Positions 42,016 through 52,328 are shown, numbered from the stretch's first letter. The stretch is DNA of 64,000 nt from an uncultured Gammaproteobacteria bacterium (GCA_963797555.1 CAWCPV010000004.1:64001-128000); one strand, 5' to 3'. The notes: generated by a model not told the origin, from the sequence alone. Translations and numbers: made by a program.

Positions 42016-43484
42016 CGAGCCTCCTCCTGATGCTCGGCCTGCCCCTCGCGGGTACGCTGGCACTCGCCGCGCTCGGGGGTTACCGCCGGCTCGGCGGGCT
42101 CGTCAACGTCGGCTTCTCCATCGCGACTTTCGCGGCTTCGCTGGGGCTTGCAGCGCAAGTTCTGCGGCATGGACCGCTGCTGTCCCAGGGCAAGTTCCTG
42201 TACATCGACACGTTCAATGTCTACCTGGTGGCGCTGACCGCGTTCGTGGGGATGACGACCGGGATCTTCTCGCGCCGTTACATGGAACATGAGGTGGATC
42301 GCGGGCGCGTGACCCCGCGACGCATGCAGCTCTATCACGCGATGTATCAGGCGTTCATGTTCGCCATGCTGTCGGCGCTCTCCACGAACAACCTGGGAAT
42401 CCTGTGGGTGGCGATGGAGGGAGCCACCCTCGCCACGGCCTTGCTGGTCAGCCTGTACCGTACCCCCGAGTCGGTAGAGGCCGCGTGGAAATACTTCGTA
42501 CTGTGTGGCGTGGGCATCGCACAGGCCCTGTTCGGCACGGTGTTGGTGTTCTTCGCGGCGGAGCGGGTGGCGAGCCTCCCACGGAACGACGCACTCTCCT
42601 GGAGCATCCTGCATAGCCACGCCGGCGAGCTGGACCCCACCATCATGGCCCTGGCCTTCGTCTTCCTTCTCGTCGGCTACGGCACCAAGGTGGGGCTCGT
42701 CCCGCTGCACAACTGGCTGCCGGACGCCCACTCGGAAGGCCCGACTCCCATGTCGGCGATCCTCTCGGGCTTGCTCCTCAACGTGGCGCTATACGCCGTG
42801 GTGCGCCTCAAGATGCTGGTCGACCCGGCCCTCAACGGACCCCTCGCCGGGCACCTGATGATGGGCTTTGGGCTGCTGTCCTTTCTGGTGGCCGCCCTGT
42901 TTCTGCACCGCCAGCGCGACGTCAAGCGCATGTTCAGCTACTCCTCCATAGAACACATGGGGCTCATGACCTTCGGGTTCGGCGTCGGCGGTCCGCTGGC
43001 CACCTTCGGCGCCCTCCTTCACATGACCGTGCACTCGCTCACCAAGTCAGCCATCTTCGTGACCGTTGGCCACGCAGCCCAGGTGGCCAAGACACAGGCG
43101 ATCGACCGCATCCGCGGCCTCATCCGCACCCAGCCTGCGGTGGGTTGGGGCCTGCTCGTCGGCGCGGCGGCCATCGCCGGTTTTCCGCCCTTCGGAGTGT
43201 TCACCAGCGAGTTCCTCTTGCTCACCGCCACGATGCGGAGCTGGCCTTGGCTGACCCTGCCATTGCTCGTCGGGCTCGGCATCGCCTTCGCCGGGCTGTT
43301 CCGACACATCCATCCGATGGTCTACGGAGAGCCGCCCGACCAGCAACGCGCCCTGCCCGCGAACATGCTCCCGGTCGCCCTGCACCTGTTCCTGGTCCTT
43401 TGGCTAGGTCTGTCCATTCCCGGTTTCCTCGGTCGATGGTTCGACCATGCCACCTTCCTGATCTCCGGGACGTCCCTGCTGTGA
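42012..43484 (+). CDS. hyfF: HyfF-like antiporter subunit
   Basis: EAAWKY, GYGTKVGLVPLHNWLPDAHSE and KRMFSYSSIEHMG. GTGA overlap with hyfE. Confidence 0.9.
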   Translation: MTSLLLMLGLPLAGTLALAALGGYRRLGGLVNVGFSIATFAASLGLAAQVLRHGPLLSQGKFLYIDTFNVYLVALTAFVGMTTGIFSRRYMEHEVDRGRVTPRRMQLYHAMYQAFMFAMLSALSTNNLGILWVAMEGATLATALLVSLYRTPESVEAAWKYFVLCGVGIAQALFGTVLVFFAAERVASLPRNDALSWSILHSHAGELDPTIMALAFVFLLVGYGTKVGLVPLHNWLPDAHSEGPTPMSAILSGLLLNVALYAVVRLKMLVDPALNGPLAGHLMMGFGLLSFLVAALFLHRQRDVKRMFSYSSIEHMGLMTFGFGVGGPLATFGALLHMTVHSLTKSAIFVTVGHAAQVAKTQAIDRIRGLIRTQPAVGWGLLVGAAAIAGFPPFGVFTSEFLLLTATMRSWPWLTLPLLVGLGIAFAGLFRHIHPMVYGEPPDQQRALPANMLPVALHLFLVLWLGLSIPGFLGRWFDHATFLISGTSLL

Positions 43485-43551
43485 CGGCCTCCTGCCTGCC
43501 AGCCGCACCGCTCCAGCGTGCTACCTGCTCAGGCCCCTGCGGAGAGCGGCG

Positions 43552-45141
43552 GTGACCCAGCGCTTCGCCTGGCTCCCGGCCTACCTGGCCCGGCTGCAGC
43601 GGGAGAGCATCCTGGTGCATGAGCCGGCCGCCCAGACATTGCGCCCGGCTCGGCTGCTCATGACCGACGTGGAGGACTGGGGCCGGGCGGCCAAGCAGGC
43701 CGCGGCAGAAGGTCTACGCTGGTGCGCGGTGTGGGGCGAGGACGCCGCAGAGGCCCTGGTGGTCACCGCCTGCCTGGAGAAACAAGGCGACTACCTGCTG
43801 CTGCGCGTGGGCCTCGACCGAGCGACACCGGTCCTCCCATCGCACACACCGGCCTATGCGGCGGCAGACCGGCCGGAACGCCATGTGCAGGATATGCTGG
43901 GGGTGGTCTTCGCGGACCATCCCGATGGCCGCCGCTGGACACGGCATCGCGCCTGGCAAGAAGGTGAGTATCCGCTGCGTCGCAGCTTCCCGGCGGACAG
44001 GCTTCCCGCCCACCCATCCCCGCCCGACGCCGACTACCCCTTCCTCCGGGCGGAGGGCAGTGGCGTGTACGAGATCCCGGTGGGACCTGTCCACGCCGGG
44101 ATCATCGAGCCAGGACACTTCCGCTTCCAGGCGGTAGGAGAGACTGTGCTCAACTTGGAGGAGCGGCTCGGTTACGTGCACAAGGGCATCGAGAAGCGCG
44201 CCGAGGGCCGGGACCCCGACGGGCTCGCAAAGCTTGCCGGGCGCGTCTCCGGGGACTCCACGGTAGCCCACGCCTGGGCGGCCTGCATGGCCATGGAGCG
44301 CGCAGCAGGGATCGAGGTGCCCCGGCGGGGTCTGTTCCTCCGAGCTATCCTCGCGGAACGCGAGCGGATCTGCAATCATCTCTGGGACATGGCTGCCATC
44401 TGCAACGATGTCGCCTTTGCCTTCGTGTACTACCAGCTCGGTCGGCTGCGGGAGCTGTGGCTGCGGGAGAATGCCCGCACCTTTGGTCACCGGCTGCTCA
44501 TGGACCGCGTCGTACCTGGGGGCGCCGCCGTGGAGCTGGACGCCGACGCCGCGCGCCGGCTACGCGAGCAGTCCGCAGCCCTCGCCCGGGAAATCGACTC
44601 TCTGCTCGCCATCATGGAGGACAACGCTTCTCTCCAGGATCGCCTGGTCTCCACCGGCGTCCTGTCCCCGGAACTCGCGGCGAGGTTCGGAGCGCTGGGA
44701 TACGTGGCACGCGCCAGCGGCCAGGACTTCGACCTGAGGCGCGATAACGCTTACCCGCCATACGACCGCCTCGACATCTCGGTGCCGGTGTACGGCAACG
44801 GTGACGTTGCGGCACGTGTCCAGGTTCGCGCGGCGGAGGCCAAGGTCGCCGCAGGATTGATCGTTCGACTGTTGAGCGACCTGCCCCAAGGTCCGGTGCG
44901 TGCCGCGTGGCAGACACCCGTAGAGGACGCCGAAGGGCTGGGAGCCGCGGAGGGGTGGCGCGGCGAGATCCTCGCCTACATCCGTTTTGCGGACAGCAGC
45001 CGCATCGCCCGCTACTTCCCCCGCGACCCGAGCTGGCTGAATTGGCCGGCGCTGGAGCACCTGATCCGGGACAACGTCGTGCCGGACTTCCCGGTGTGCA
45101 ACAAGTCCGTCAACGGCTCGTACTCCGGCCATGACCTGTAA
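43552..45141 (+). CDS. HyfG/HycE-like (NuoCD-like) large subunit lacking NiFe-binding cysteines (Ehr type)
   Basis: GPVHAGIIEPGHFRF, GYVHKG, RVSGDS in place of RxCGxC, and C-terminal DFPVCNKSVNGSYSGHDL in place of DPCxxC. Confidence 0.9.
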   Translation: MTQRFAWLPAYLARLQRESILVHEPAAQTLRPARLLMTDVEDWGRAAKQAAAEGLRWCAVWGEDAAEALVVTACLEKQGDYLLLRVGLDRATPVLPSHTPAYAAADRPERHVQDMLGVVFADHPDGRRWTRHRAWQEGEYPLRRSFPADRLPAHPSPPDADYPFLRAEGSGVYEIPVGPVHAGIIEPGHFRFQAVGETVLNLEERLGYVHKGIEKRAEGRDPDGLAKLAGRVSGDSTVAHAWAACMAMERAAGIEVPRRGLFLRAILAERERICNHLWDMAAICNDVAFAFVYYQLGRLRELWLRENARTFGHRLLMDRVVPGGAAVELDADAARRLREQSAALAREIDSLLAIMEDNASLQDRLVSTGVLSPELAARFGALGYVARASGQDFDLRRDNAYPPYDRLDISVPVYGNGDVAARVQVRAAEAKVAAGLIVRLLSDLPQGPVRAAWQTPVEDAEGLGAAEGWRGEILAYIRFADSSRIARYFPRDPSWLNWPALEHLIRDNVVPDFPVCNKSVNGSYSGHDL

Positions 45142-45202
45142 ACTCCGGCTGGTCCCTCGTTTCTTTCCCCTCAGGGGGACGGCAGGCGGGAGGTAACAAG
45201 CC

Positions 45203-45733
45203 ATCCTCCGCATCCTCGGTAGGATCTTACGACTCGGTATCGTCACCGAGCGGCTGTCACCGTCCGGCGAGCCCGCACTCCTGGAAGTGGGCGAGCGGAT
45301 CCGGGCGGCGGTCGGACGGCGTTTCGGAGGGAGCCTCGCTATACGCCACGTGGACGCCGGCTCCTGCAACGGATGCGAGCTGGAGATCCACGGTCTCAAC
45401 AACCCCTTCTACAACGTCGAGCGCTTCGGCATTCACTTCGTGGCCTCACCCCGCCATGCCGACATGCTGCTAGTGACCGGCCCGGTGTCGCGCCACATGG
45501 AGGCGGCCCTGCGCCGCACCTACGAGGCGACCCCGGACCCTAAGCTGGTGATCGCCGTTGGCGACTGCGGGGCTGACGGCGGCGAGTTCGGCGTCTCCTA
45601 TGCGAGCTGTGGCGGCGTCCGCAACGTTATCCCCGTGGACGGCGTGATCCGCGGTTGCCCGCCGACGCCGCTCGGGCTGCTGCGGGGAATCCTGGCCGCT
45701 ATCGAGGGCCAACTCGGGGAACCGCCAAGCTAG
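45203..45733 (+). CDS. HyfI/NuoB-like small subunit
   Basis: GSCNGCELE, SPRHAD, GDC and GCPP. The likely start position after GGAGG reads ATC (45203). The first canonical start is GTG 45287. Confidence 0.88.
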   Translation: MLRILGRILRLGIVTERLSPSGEPALLEVGERIRAAVGRRFGGSLAIRHVDAGSCNGCELEIHGLNNPFYNVERFGIHFVASPRHADMLLVTGPVSRHMEAALRRTYEATPDPKLVIAVGDCGADGGEFGVSYASCGGVRNVIPVDGVIRGCPPTPLGLLRGILAAIEGQLGEPPS

Positions 45734-45829
45734 CCTGGAACACTCGACCGGCAACTACTTAGAGCCCGCGGACTACCAGCCGACCTGCCCAGCCGAGAGG
45801 GAAGCTTCGAACCTCCGGAACCGGCCCGC

Positions 45830-46990
45830 CTACTGCAGTTCCCCGACCAACAGCCGTGTCTCGATCCGCTGAAGACAGCTCGACACCAGGCACGAATCGT
45901 CACTGAGACCCTCGATCAGGCTCTCCAGACTCTTCGGGTCCGAGTGCGCCTGAATCGCGGCGAAGATATCCCCGCAAGTCTCGTGCATCCGCCGGTGGGG
46001 CTGCTCCAGGGCATCGAAATCCTGGTCTCCCCGAAACGTCCGCCCCGCTCCGTAGTACCATCGCCCCAGCGGACATTCGTCGTGGGCCATGTGCAATCCC
46101 GGCGGCGCCGGCCCGGGGTTCTCCCGACTGCGGAGAAAGGCGAACACCTCGTCCATCAGCAGCTTGTGCTGCCAGCTGTGGCCGAGCTGCGCCATGCGCA
46201 GCATGCCGACTGGGCTGGAAGGCCAGCGCCGGTCCGAGCGCAAGAAACACAGATAATCGTCGAGGGGCAACGGGCGGCTGATCCAATAGCCCTGGCCTTC
46301 CGTACAACCGCAGTGGAGCAACGAGTGGTACACGCCCTCCGACTCGATCCCTTCGATGACGGTCTTGATGCCCAGCATCTGCGCCATGGCGACGCTGGCC
46401 TTCACCAAGGTCGCACTCTTGGGTGAACGCAACATCTTCAGGACGAAGCTCTGGTCCAGCTTGATGGCGGAGAATGGCAGCCGATTCAGAGTGTCGAGGG
46501 AGGAGAAGCCGGTGCCATAGTCGTCCATGGATAGCTGAATGCCGGCGGTGCGCAGGGCCGCGACGCTGCACATGGCGGAATCGGTGCCCGCCACGACCGC
46601 GCTCTCGGTGATCTCGATCTCCAGGTGAGCGCCGTCGATCTCCCCACGCCGGACGGCCTCCTCCACCAGGGTACGCAGTTTGGGGGTATCCAGGTCCTGA
46701 GCGCAGATATTGAGGGCGACCACGCTGTCCGCGCACTGTGCGCGGACGCGCTGGAAATCCTCGACCAGCCGCGGAAACATGCCCTGGGTGATGCGCGGTA
46801 CCAGGCCGTGAGCCCCGGCCGATGGGATGAACTCCTCCGGAGCAACCAGCTTGCCGTTGCTGCGCTGCCAGCGGATGAGGGCCTCCGCTCCACTTACCCG
46901 TCCGGTCAGGAACGCAACCTTCGGCTGGTAATGGAAGACAAGCTCTCCTCGTTCGATGGCGCGGTCGATATCGGCGGGCGCCATGATCAT
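45830..46990 (-). CDS. EAL phosphodiesterase with C-terminal CZB zinc-binding domain
   Basis: YQP, EALIRW, EITE, DDYGTGFSS, KLD, EGIE, QGY, then H..W..CPLGRWYY..H...H. Confidence 0.85.
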   Translation of the reverse strand: MIMAPADIDRAIERGELVFHYQPKVAFLTGRVSGAEALIRWQRSNGKLVAPEEFIPSAGAHGLVPRITQGMFPRLVEDFQRVRAQCADSVVALNICAQDLDTPKLRTLVEEAVRRGEIDGAHLEIEITESAVVAGTDSAMCSVAALRTAGIQLSMDDYGTGFSSLDTLNRLPFSAIKLDQSFVLKMLRSPKSATLVKASVAMAQMLGIKTVIEGIESEGVYHSLLHCGCTEGQGYWISRPLPLDDYLCFLRSDRRWPSSPVGMLRMAQLGHSWQHKLLMDEVFAFLRSRENPGPAPPGLHMAHDECPLGRWYYGAGRTFRGDQDFDALEQPHRRMHETCGDIFAAIQAHSDPKSLESLIEGLSDDSCLVSSCLQRIETRLLVGELQ

Positions 46991-47195
46991 GGCGAGCGGC
47001 CTCCGAGCAGCAGCGCGACCGTGCCGCCATTCGCGTCTCCGCTCTGCCTCGACTGCCTCATCGCTTCCTGTGGCGGTCGCCTGCGCATGTGGACAGTGTA
47101 GCCGAAAGCCGCAACACAGAGGTGGGCACCTCGCGTCGATCGACGCCTTGAACTCGGGCCGCTCGCGACGATTTCTTCGCAAATTCCGGGGCAAC

Positions 47196-48023
47196 TCAGG
47201 GCGGCAAACTCCTCTCGAGAAACCCACGCAGGCCCTCGGTGTAGCTGGTACCGCTGACCAGAAACCCGTCGTTGTGTCCGCCGCGGATGCGCAGCAACTC
47301 CTTGGGCTCCCGGGCGCGCGAGAACAGCTGAAGGCCATAGCTGAAAGGGACGATCTCGTCCTCGGGGCTGTGAACGATCAGCACAGGACAGGAAACCCCT
47401 CGCAGGTGCTTCTCGGTGGAGTACCGGAAGCGGGAGAGCCATCGCGCCGGCAGGAATGGATAAAGCTGCGCGGCCAAGTCCGGCACGGAGGTGAACGTGG
47501 ACTCCAGGACGAGGGCGCCCGGCCGGTGCCGGTTGGCGAGCGCCGCGGCTACGGCGCCGCCCAGCGAGCGCCCGAATACCACTATCCGGCGCGGGGCAAC
47601 CCCGTGCTTGCGCGTCAGATGTTCCCACGCGGCTTCCGCGTCCCGGTATGTACCCTGCTCCGAGGGTGTCCCCTCGCTCTCGCCGTAGCCCCGGTAGTCG
47701 AAGATGAAGGTGTTCAGGCCGAGCTGGTGTAGGATGCGCAGGGAGTCCACACGGTGCGAGATGTTGCCCGCGTTTCCGTGAAGGAACAGGACCGTCGCCC
47801 GTGCCGTCTCCACGGGCACCCACCAGCCGCGGAGCCGCGGACCGTCCGACGCGCGGATCACCTCCGCGACATAGGCCAGGCCGGCATCGGCTGGCGTTGC
47901 CTCGGTGCGGCAAGAGGGGACGTTGGGGAGATAGAGCAGGTGGGCCTGCCCAAGGTACACCGCCAGCAGCAGCACGCCATAGCCTGCAGCCATGACCAGC
48001 ACGATGGAGAGCACTGCGCCCAT
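47196..48023 (-). CDS. Alpha/beta hydrolase with N-terminal TM helix
   Basis: HGNAG, DYRGYG, GRSLGG, D..VP and GGHN. Confidence 0.9.
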   Translation of the reverse strand: MGAVLSIVLVMAAGYGVLLLAVYLGQAHLLYLPNVPSCRTEATPADAGLAYVAEVIRASDGPRLRGWWVPVETARATVLFLHGNAGNISHRVDSLRILHQLGLNTFIFDYRGYGESEGTPSEQGTYRDAEAAWEHLTRKHGVAPRRIVVFGRSLGGAVAAALANRHRPGALVLESTFTSVPDLAAQLYPFLPARWLSRFRYSTEKHLRGVSCPVLIVHSPEDEIVPFSYGLQLFSRAREPKELLRIRGGHNDGFLVSGTSYTEGLRGFLERSLPP

Positions 48024-48103
48024 GGGAGTCCGTGCGCCCACGACCTTCAGAGCCGCCCGCGCTGCGTTCTCGAACTCAATGCCGACACGCCCGGCCTCAG
48101 CGG

Positions 48104-48811
48104 CTACCTGCTCGTTGACGCGTCGTTGGCATCCTCCGCGGGGGTCACCGGCTGAATGAGGTCGACCCCATCGTTGGAGGCCCTATTGACCCCGAACCCC
48201 ACCGGAAACGCCTCCAGCCTCTCCGCCGGATAAGGCCTGAGCAGCCTCTGTACGCGAGGGGGGTTCTCGACGGCAGGATCCAGCCACAGCGAGTAATCTT
48301 CCGGGCGCACGATGACCGGCATGCGCTCGTGAATGATCTCCACCCCCTTGCTCGCCTGCGTCACGACGATGGCGCAGGACTCGATGACGTCACCTTCGAT
48401 CCCTTGCCACCGTTCCCACAGCCCCGCGAAGGCGAACGGCCTACCGCCCTTCACGCGGATGAAGTAGGGCTGTTTATGCCGCATTCCCGCTCTCCACTCG
48501 TAAAAACCGTCTGCAGCGATCAGGCAGCGGCGCCGCCGCAACGCGGAGCGGAACGCCGGCTTGACGGCAACGGTCTCGGCCCGTGCGTTGATCATCCGGT
48601 GCCCTTTCTTGGGGTCCTTTGCCCAGGGCGGCACCAGTCCCCACGTCAACACCACCAACTCCCGCCCGCCGCCTGGGTCCGCTCGGCACGCAAGCACCGG
48701 ACTGGACGGAGCCACGTTGTAACGCGGCGCCAGATCCGGCATCCCGGTGCGTGCACCGAACAGGCGGGCGAACTCGCGGACTGGAGTAAAATTGGCATAG
48801 CGGCCGCACAT
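48104..48811 (-). CDS. SOS response-associated peptidase (SRAP/YedK)
   Basis: MCGRY N-terminus, YNVAP, WGLVP, INARAE, FYEW and HERMP. Confidence 0.92.
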   Translation of the reverse strand: MCGRYANFTPVREFARLFGARTGMPDLAPRYNVAPSSPVLACRADPGGGRELVVLTWGLVPPWAKDPKKGHRMINARAETVAVKPAFRSALRRRRCLIAADGFYEWRAGMRHKQPYFIRVKGGRPFAFAGLWERWQGIEGDVIESCAIVVTQASKGVEIIHERMPVIVRPEDYSLWLDPAVENPPRVQRLLRPYPAERLEAFPVGFGVNRASNDGVDLIQPVTPAEDANDASTSR

Positions 48812-48990
48812 CCGAACAGGATAGCGGACGCACACCCCGTCGAGACAGGGGTACCGGACCCGGCAGCAGGTGAGACACGGCGCGGCGCTGGGGATGCTGC
48901 CGGGAGGAGAGGGGGCATAGACACCGAGTCGGGTGCGACGGCGAGCACCACCGCCGAGCCTCACACGTACCGGCCGCGCCGGGAGCCATT

Positions 48991-49500
48991 ATGACCAAGC
49001 GACTGTATTTCCTCCTGCCGGACGTGGATAGCTGCAAGGCGGTGGTGGGGGGTTTGCTGCAGCGCGGGGTGAAGCAGCGTCACATCCACGCCGTCGCCAA
49101 CCGCTTCACCCCGCTGGAGGGGCTCCCGCACGCCTCACTGCTTCAGACCAGCGAGTTCGGCCGCGGTATCGATCTGGGCCTGGGGCTCGGGGGCATCGCG
49201 GGCCTGCTGGGCGGGCTGATAGCGGTCACGTTCCCTCCGGCTGGACTCGTGCTTGGCGGCGGCGCGCTGCTCGTGGCGGCCGCCGGAGGAGCCGGAGCGG
49301 GCGCCCTGGTATCCGCGATGGTGGCGTCGGATATACCCAATCACAAGCTGAAAACATTCGACGACGCCATTTCCGCAGGGCAGGTGCTGCTGCTGGTGGA
49401 CATCCCGAGGGGGCAGGTGGATGCGACCGTGCAGTTGATCCAGCAGCGCCATCCGGAGGTGGAGATCGGCGTGTCCGAGCCACGAGGCAACCCTTCCTGA
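48991..49500 (+). CDS. DUF1269-like glycine-zipper membrane protein
   Basis: KRLYFLLPD, a Gly/Ala-rich hydrophobic hairpin, and G.VLLLVD.P. Confidence 0.7.
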   Translation: MTKRLYFLLPDVDSCKAVVGGLLQRGVKQRHIHAVANRFTPLEGLPHASLLQTSEFGRGIDLGLGLGGIAGLLGGLIAVTFPPAGLVLGGGALLVAAAGGAGAGALVSAMVASDIPNHKLKTFDDAISAGQVLLLVDIPRGQVDATVQLIQQRHPEVEIGVSEPRGNPS

Positions 49501-49585
49501 CGGCCCTTCGGCCGCGGTTGGAGATGTTCTCCATGTCGCCTCGCAACGCATCGCTCGCTCCGGCGTCCGGGCGGCGTACACGTGC

Positions 49586-50149
49586 TCAATAACGGACTAT
49601 CGTCACCTGTCGATCCGGCCCGCGGATGACGTCTCCGAGGTGCACGGGGTAAACCCCCGCTCGACGGTCCTGGAAGTAGAGCTCGAGGGTTTCTCTCACG
49701 ACGGGGAAGGCCAGTTGCGCCCACGGGATGTCCTCCTCGTCGAACAGCGCCACCTCGAGGCTTTCGTCTCCGGGACTGGCCTTACCCTCGCGAAGCCGTC
49801 CCCGGAACATCAGGTATACCTGGCTCACGTGGGGAATGTTGAAGAGCCCGTAGAGAGTCAGGTCCTCCACTCGGGCATTGGCCTCTTCGAGGGCCTCCCG
49901 CGCAGCCGCCTGCGCCGTAGTCTCGCGGTTCTCCATGAAGCCCGCCGGCAGGGTCCAGAGACCATAACGCGGCTCGATGGACCGACGGCAGAGCAAGATC
50001 CGTTCCCCCCACTCCGGGATGCACCCTGCGACGATCTTGGGGTTCTCGTAATGGACCGCACCGCAAGCATCGCATACATACCGTGGCAGCGTGTCCCCCG
50101 GTGGAATGCGCGAAGCGACCCGTGCCCCGCACCGGCTGCAAAAGTTCAC
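49586..50149 (-). CDS. NUDIX hydrolase with N-terminal zinc ribbon
   Basis: FCSRCG..C..CG..HYENPK and Nudix box PAGFME..E..AAAREALEEA. Confidence 0.92.
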   Translation of the reverse strand: MNFCSRCGARVASRIPPGDTLPRYVCDACGAVHYENPKIVAGCIPEWGERILLCRRSIEPRYGLWTLPAGFMENRETTAQAAAREALEEANARVEDLTLYGLFNIPHVSQVYLMFRGRLREGKASPGDESLEVALFDEEDIPWAQLAFPVVRETLELYFQDRRAGVYPVHLGDVIRGPDRQVTIVRY

Positions 50150-50304
50150 TGGCCCCTCTGCGCTCGTGCAATGTCAGTCGAACATATCAGAAAGCGCGGG
50201 AAACCGTTAAGGACACTCGCGAGGTTCACCCTCTCGCGCGGTTACGGACGCGTGGTGCGCCCCTCGGCAGATCTCGATGGTCCGCCGCCTGCCCGGCGCT
50301 CCGG

Positions 50305-51168
50305 CTAGCCCGCACTCGGCGCCCCGAGGAAGCGTCGGACGAGCCTCGCGAGCCGCGGCACCAGCATCGGCCGGGGCAGCCGCGGATTGAGCATCGCCAT
50401 GCGGCGGTCGTTCTCCCGCAGGCACAGGTCGACAAGCTCGCGCACGCGCATGTCGCCGGCGCCGAGCGACTCATGGCCCTTGACCGTGAAATTCTCCCCG
50501 CCGCCCACATTGCGGGCGGTCTTGAGCCGACCCCAGATCTGGTGCACGAACGCTGCCAGGCAGCGCAGTGTAAACAGCGGTCCGCGCCACCAGGGCAGGT
50601 TGCGCCGGTGCCAGGTTACCCAGTTTACGAAGAACAGGATGTGCCGGCACTCCTCTTGGATGACGGGCTCGAAGGTCTCCACGAGCTCTTGCGGGAAAAA
50701 GCCCGAGCGCTGGGCCATGGCGAATAGACCGAAGGCGAAGAAGCTGTCGAGGCACTCCGCGTAGCCGGTGCGCAGGAAAGCCCATTCGCCGTCCCTCGGA
50801 TAGAAGTACTCCGGCTCGGGCCGCAGCCCTATGCCGTAGAAGCGGACCATGTGCGAGAGCACTTCCTTGTGGCGCCTCTCCTCGAACGCGTCGAGCCGCA
50901 CCGCCTCGGCGAGCAACGGGTCCATGATGGTGTCGGCATAGGACTGGACGTTGATAGCGGCCTGTCCTTCGGTCGCTACGGCCATGTCCCAGATTGGCAG
51001 GCTCGTGAGTCGCGCGAGCGCATCCCCTTCGAGCTGAGGCCATGCCATGACCGCCGGCTTGTAAGGGTCGTGAGTATCGAGCAGCATCCGACAGAACGCC
51101 TGCTTATGCTCCTCGGACCCGAGCCGGAGCGCCGGCATGCTTGTCTGAGCGTCGGCGAGTTCAGCCAT
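50305..51168 (-). CDS. Ferritin-like di-iron domain protein
   Basis: Paired E..EERRH and E..EECRH motifs. Confidence 0.75.
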   Translation of the reverse strand: MAELADAQTSMPALRLGSEEHKQAFCRMLLDTHDPYKPAVMAWPQLEGDALARLTSLPIWDMAVATEGQAAINVQSYADTIMDPLLAEAVRLDAFEERRHKEVLSHMVRFYGIGLRPEPEYFYPRDGEWAFLRTGYAECLDSFFAFGLFAMAQRSGFFPQELVETFEPVIQEECRHILFFVNWVTWHRRNLPWWRGPLFTLRCLAAFVHQIWGRLKTARNVGGGENFTVKGHESLGAGDMRVRELVDLCLRENDRRMAMLNPRLPRPMLVPRLARLVRRFLGAPSAG

Positions 51169-51286
51169 AAAAGGATTTCCTTTATCCGGCAGTCCCTCAA
51201 GACTGCGAATGTCTTCCGGGCCCGGCGAGAGTGCCCGCCGAGCAAAATGTGGTCGATAGTCAGCTTTGGACCATCGGCTGCGGAAA

Positions 51287-51600
51287 GGCGTTGTCGATCA
51301 AATAAATTTATGGGCGCATTAAATGTACTATGGGCTTGGCCCCAGGAGGGGTTTCCCCGGTTTTCCCCCTATTTGGCGCGTTTGGGCAGACCGAGCCTGT
51401 TCATGCGGTTGAGCACGGAGACACCCACGTAGGCCTCGGTGATCTGGGTGTGTGGCAGACGGGCGCTGAGGCAGGGGCCGAGGATCTGTTTGTAGCGAAA
51501 CATGGCGGTCTCGGCGTTACTGCGCCAGTGATAGCCGACGGTGCGTTTCCAGGCTGAACGGCCTTGGGTGCGGCAAGCCTCGATGCCGCTGCCGAGTTTT
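51287..51600 (-). mobile_element. IS5 family (IS903 group) right-end remnant
   Basis: WKRTVGYHWRSNAETAMFRYKQILG..L.AR..Q..E..LNRM..LG.P and a terminal GGCGTTGTCG resembling IS903-group ends. Confidence 0.75.
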
Positions 51601-51807
51601 GTCGCAGGCGGTCTTTCACCCATCACAATGATGGTCCTCACGCATCTCAATACGGTCGCGCTCAGCGAGGACTGCAGCGGCGGCCGGGAGTCTCACCACC
51701 GGAGCCGAGGTGAATCGTGAGGCCAGCAGGCCGGCTCGTCAACCCTCGCGTGCCGGGCGCAAGACACGCAAGCCGCCGGTCGGGTCCGCAAGCGAAGGAG
51801 TCAGCTC

Positions 51808-51862
51808 ATGGAACTGGGTATTTCGGGCAGGAAGGTGCGATCGTTTGCGCCGCCAGCAGGGT
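51808..51862 (+). pseudogene. 5-prime stub of an SDR oxidoreductase
   Basis: AAGGAG RBS, then MELGISGRK/AIVCAASR, then unrelated sequence. Confidence 0.4.
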
Positions 51863-52328
51863 ACGCGAGACCGCCCAACAGGTCGCCCCCGAAGAGAAAC
51901 CGGAAGTCCGGGGGAAGAGATTGCGGAGCACTCGCGCCAGCGAGAGCGCCGCCATCGCGAGGATGAGGTCGTGGGGAGCTTGCGGGCTAACACGTGCGGG
52001 TCTCCCTTTTTGGGGCGGCTATCCCCCCGAGGAGCGCCCACAAGGTTCAGCATCAGAACGGTTTCTCCATGTGTCTGGGTGGAATCGCTCTGCTGGGCAC
52101 GCGGTAACTGGCACTGCCATCGAAGCGGCGGCGCATAGGGTCTTTACCGAGCAGCCGCAGAGGGAGGTACGCTATGGGCATCGGACAACGCTGCTGGTGG
52201 GGCGCGCGGCAGATTGATTCACAGGCTCCCAGGGGAGCAGGGAACGAAACGGCCGGCTGCGGAATCTACAGCTACTGTCCGGGTCGGGCACATACACTCG
52301 GACCCCAACGACAGCGAGGCATACGACG

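Noticed and set aside
41337-43484. 715-aa HyfE-HyfF fusion
   Set aside because: The true HyfE C-terminus is in another frame (41779-42015) and overlaps the hyfF GTG. It is a frameshift artefact.
43552-45141. Functional NiFe hydrogenase 4
   Set aside because: Both nickel-binding CxxC motifs are absent.
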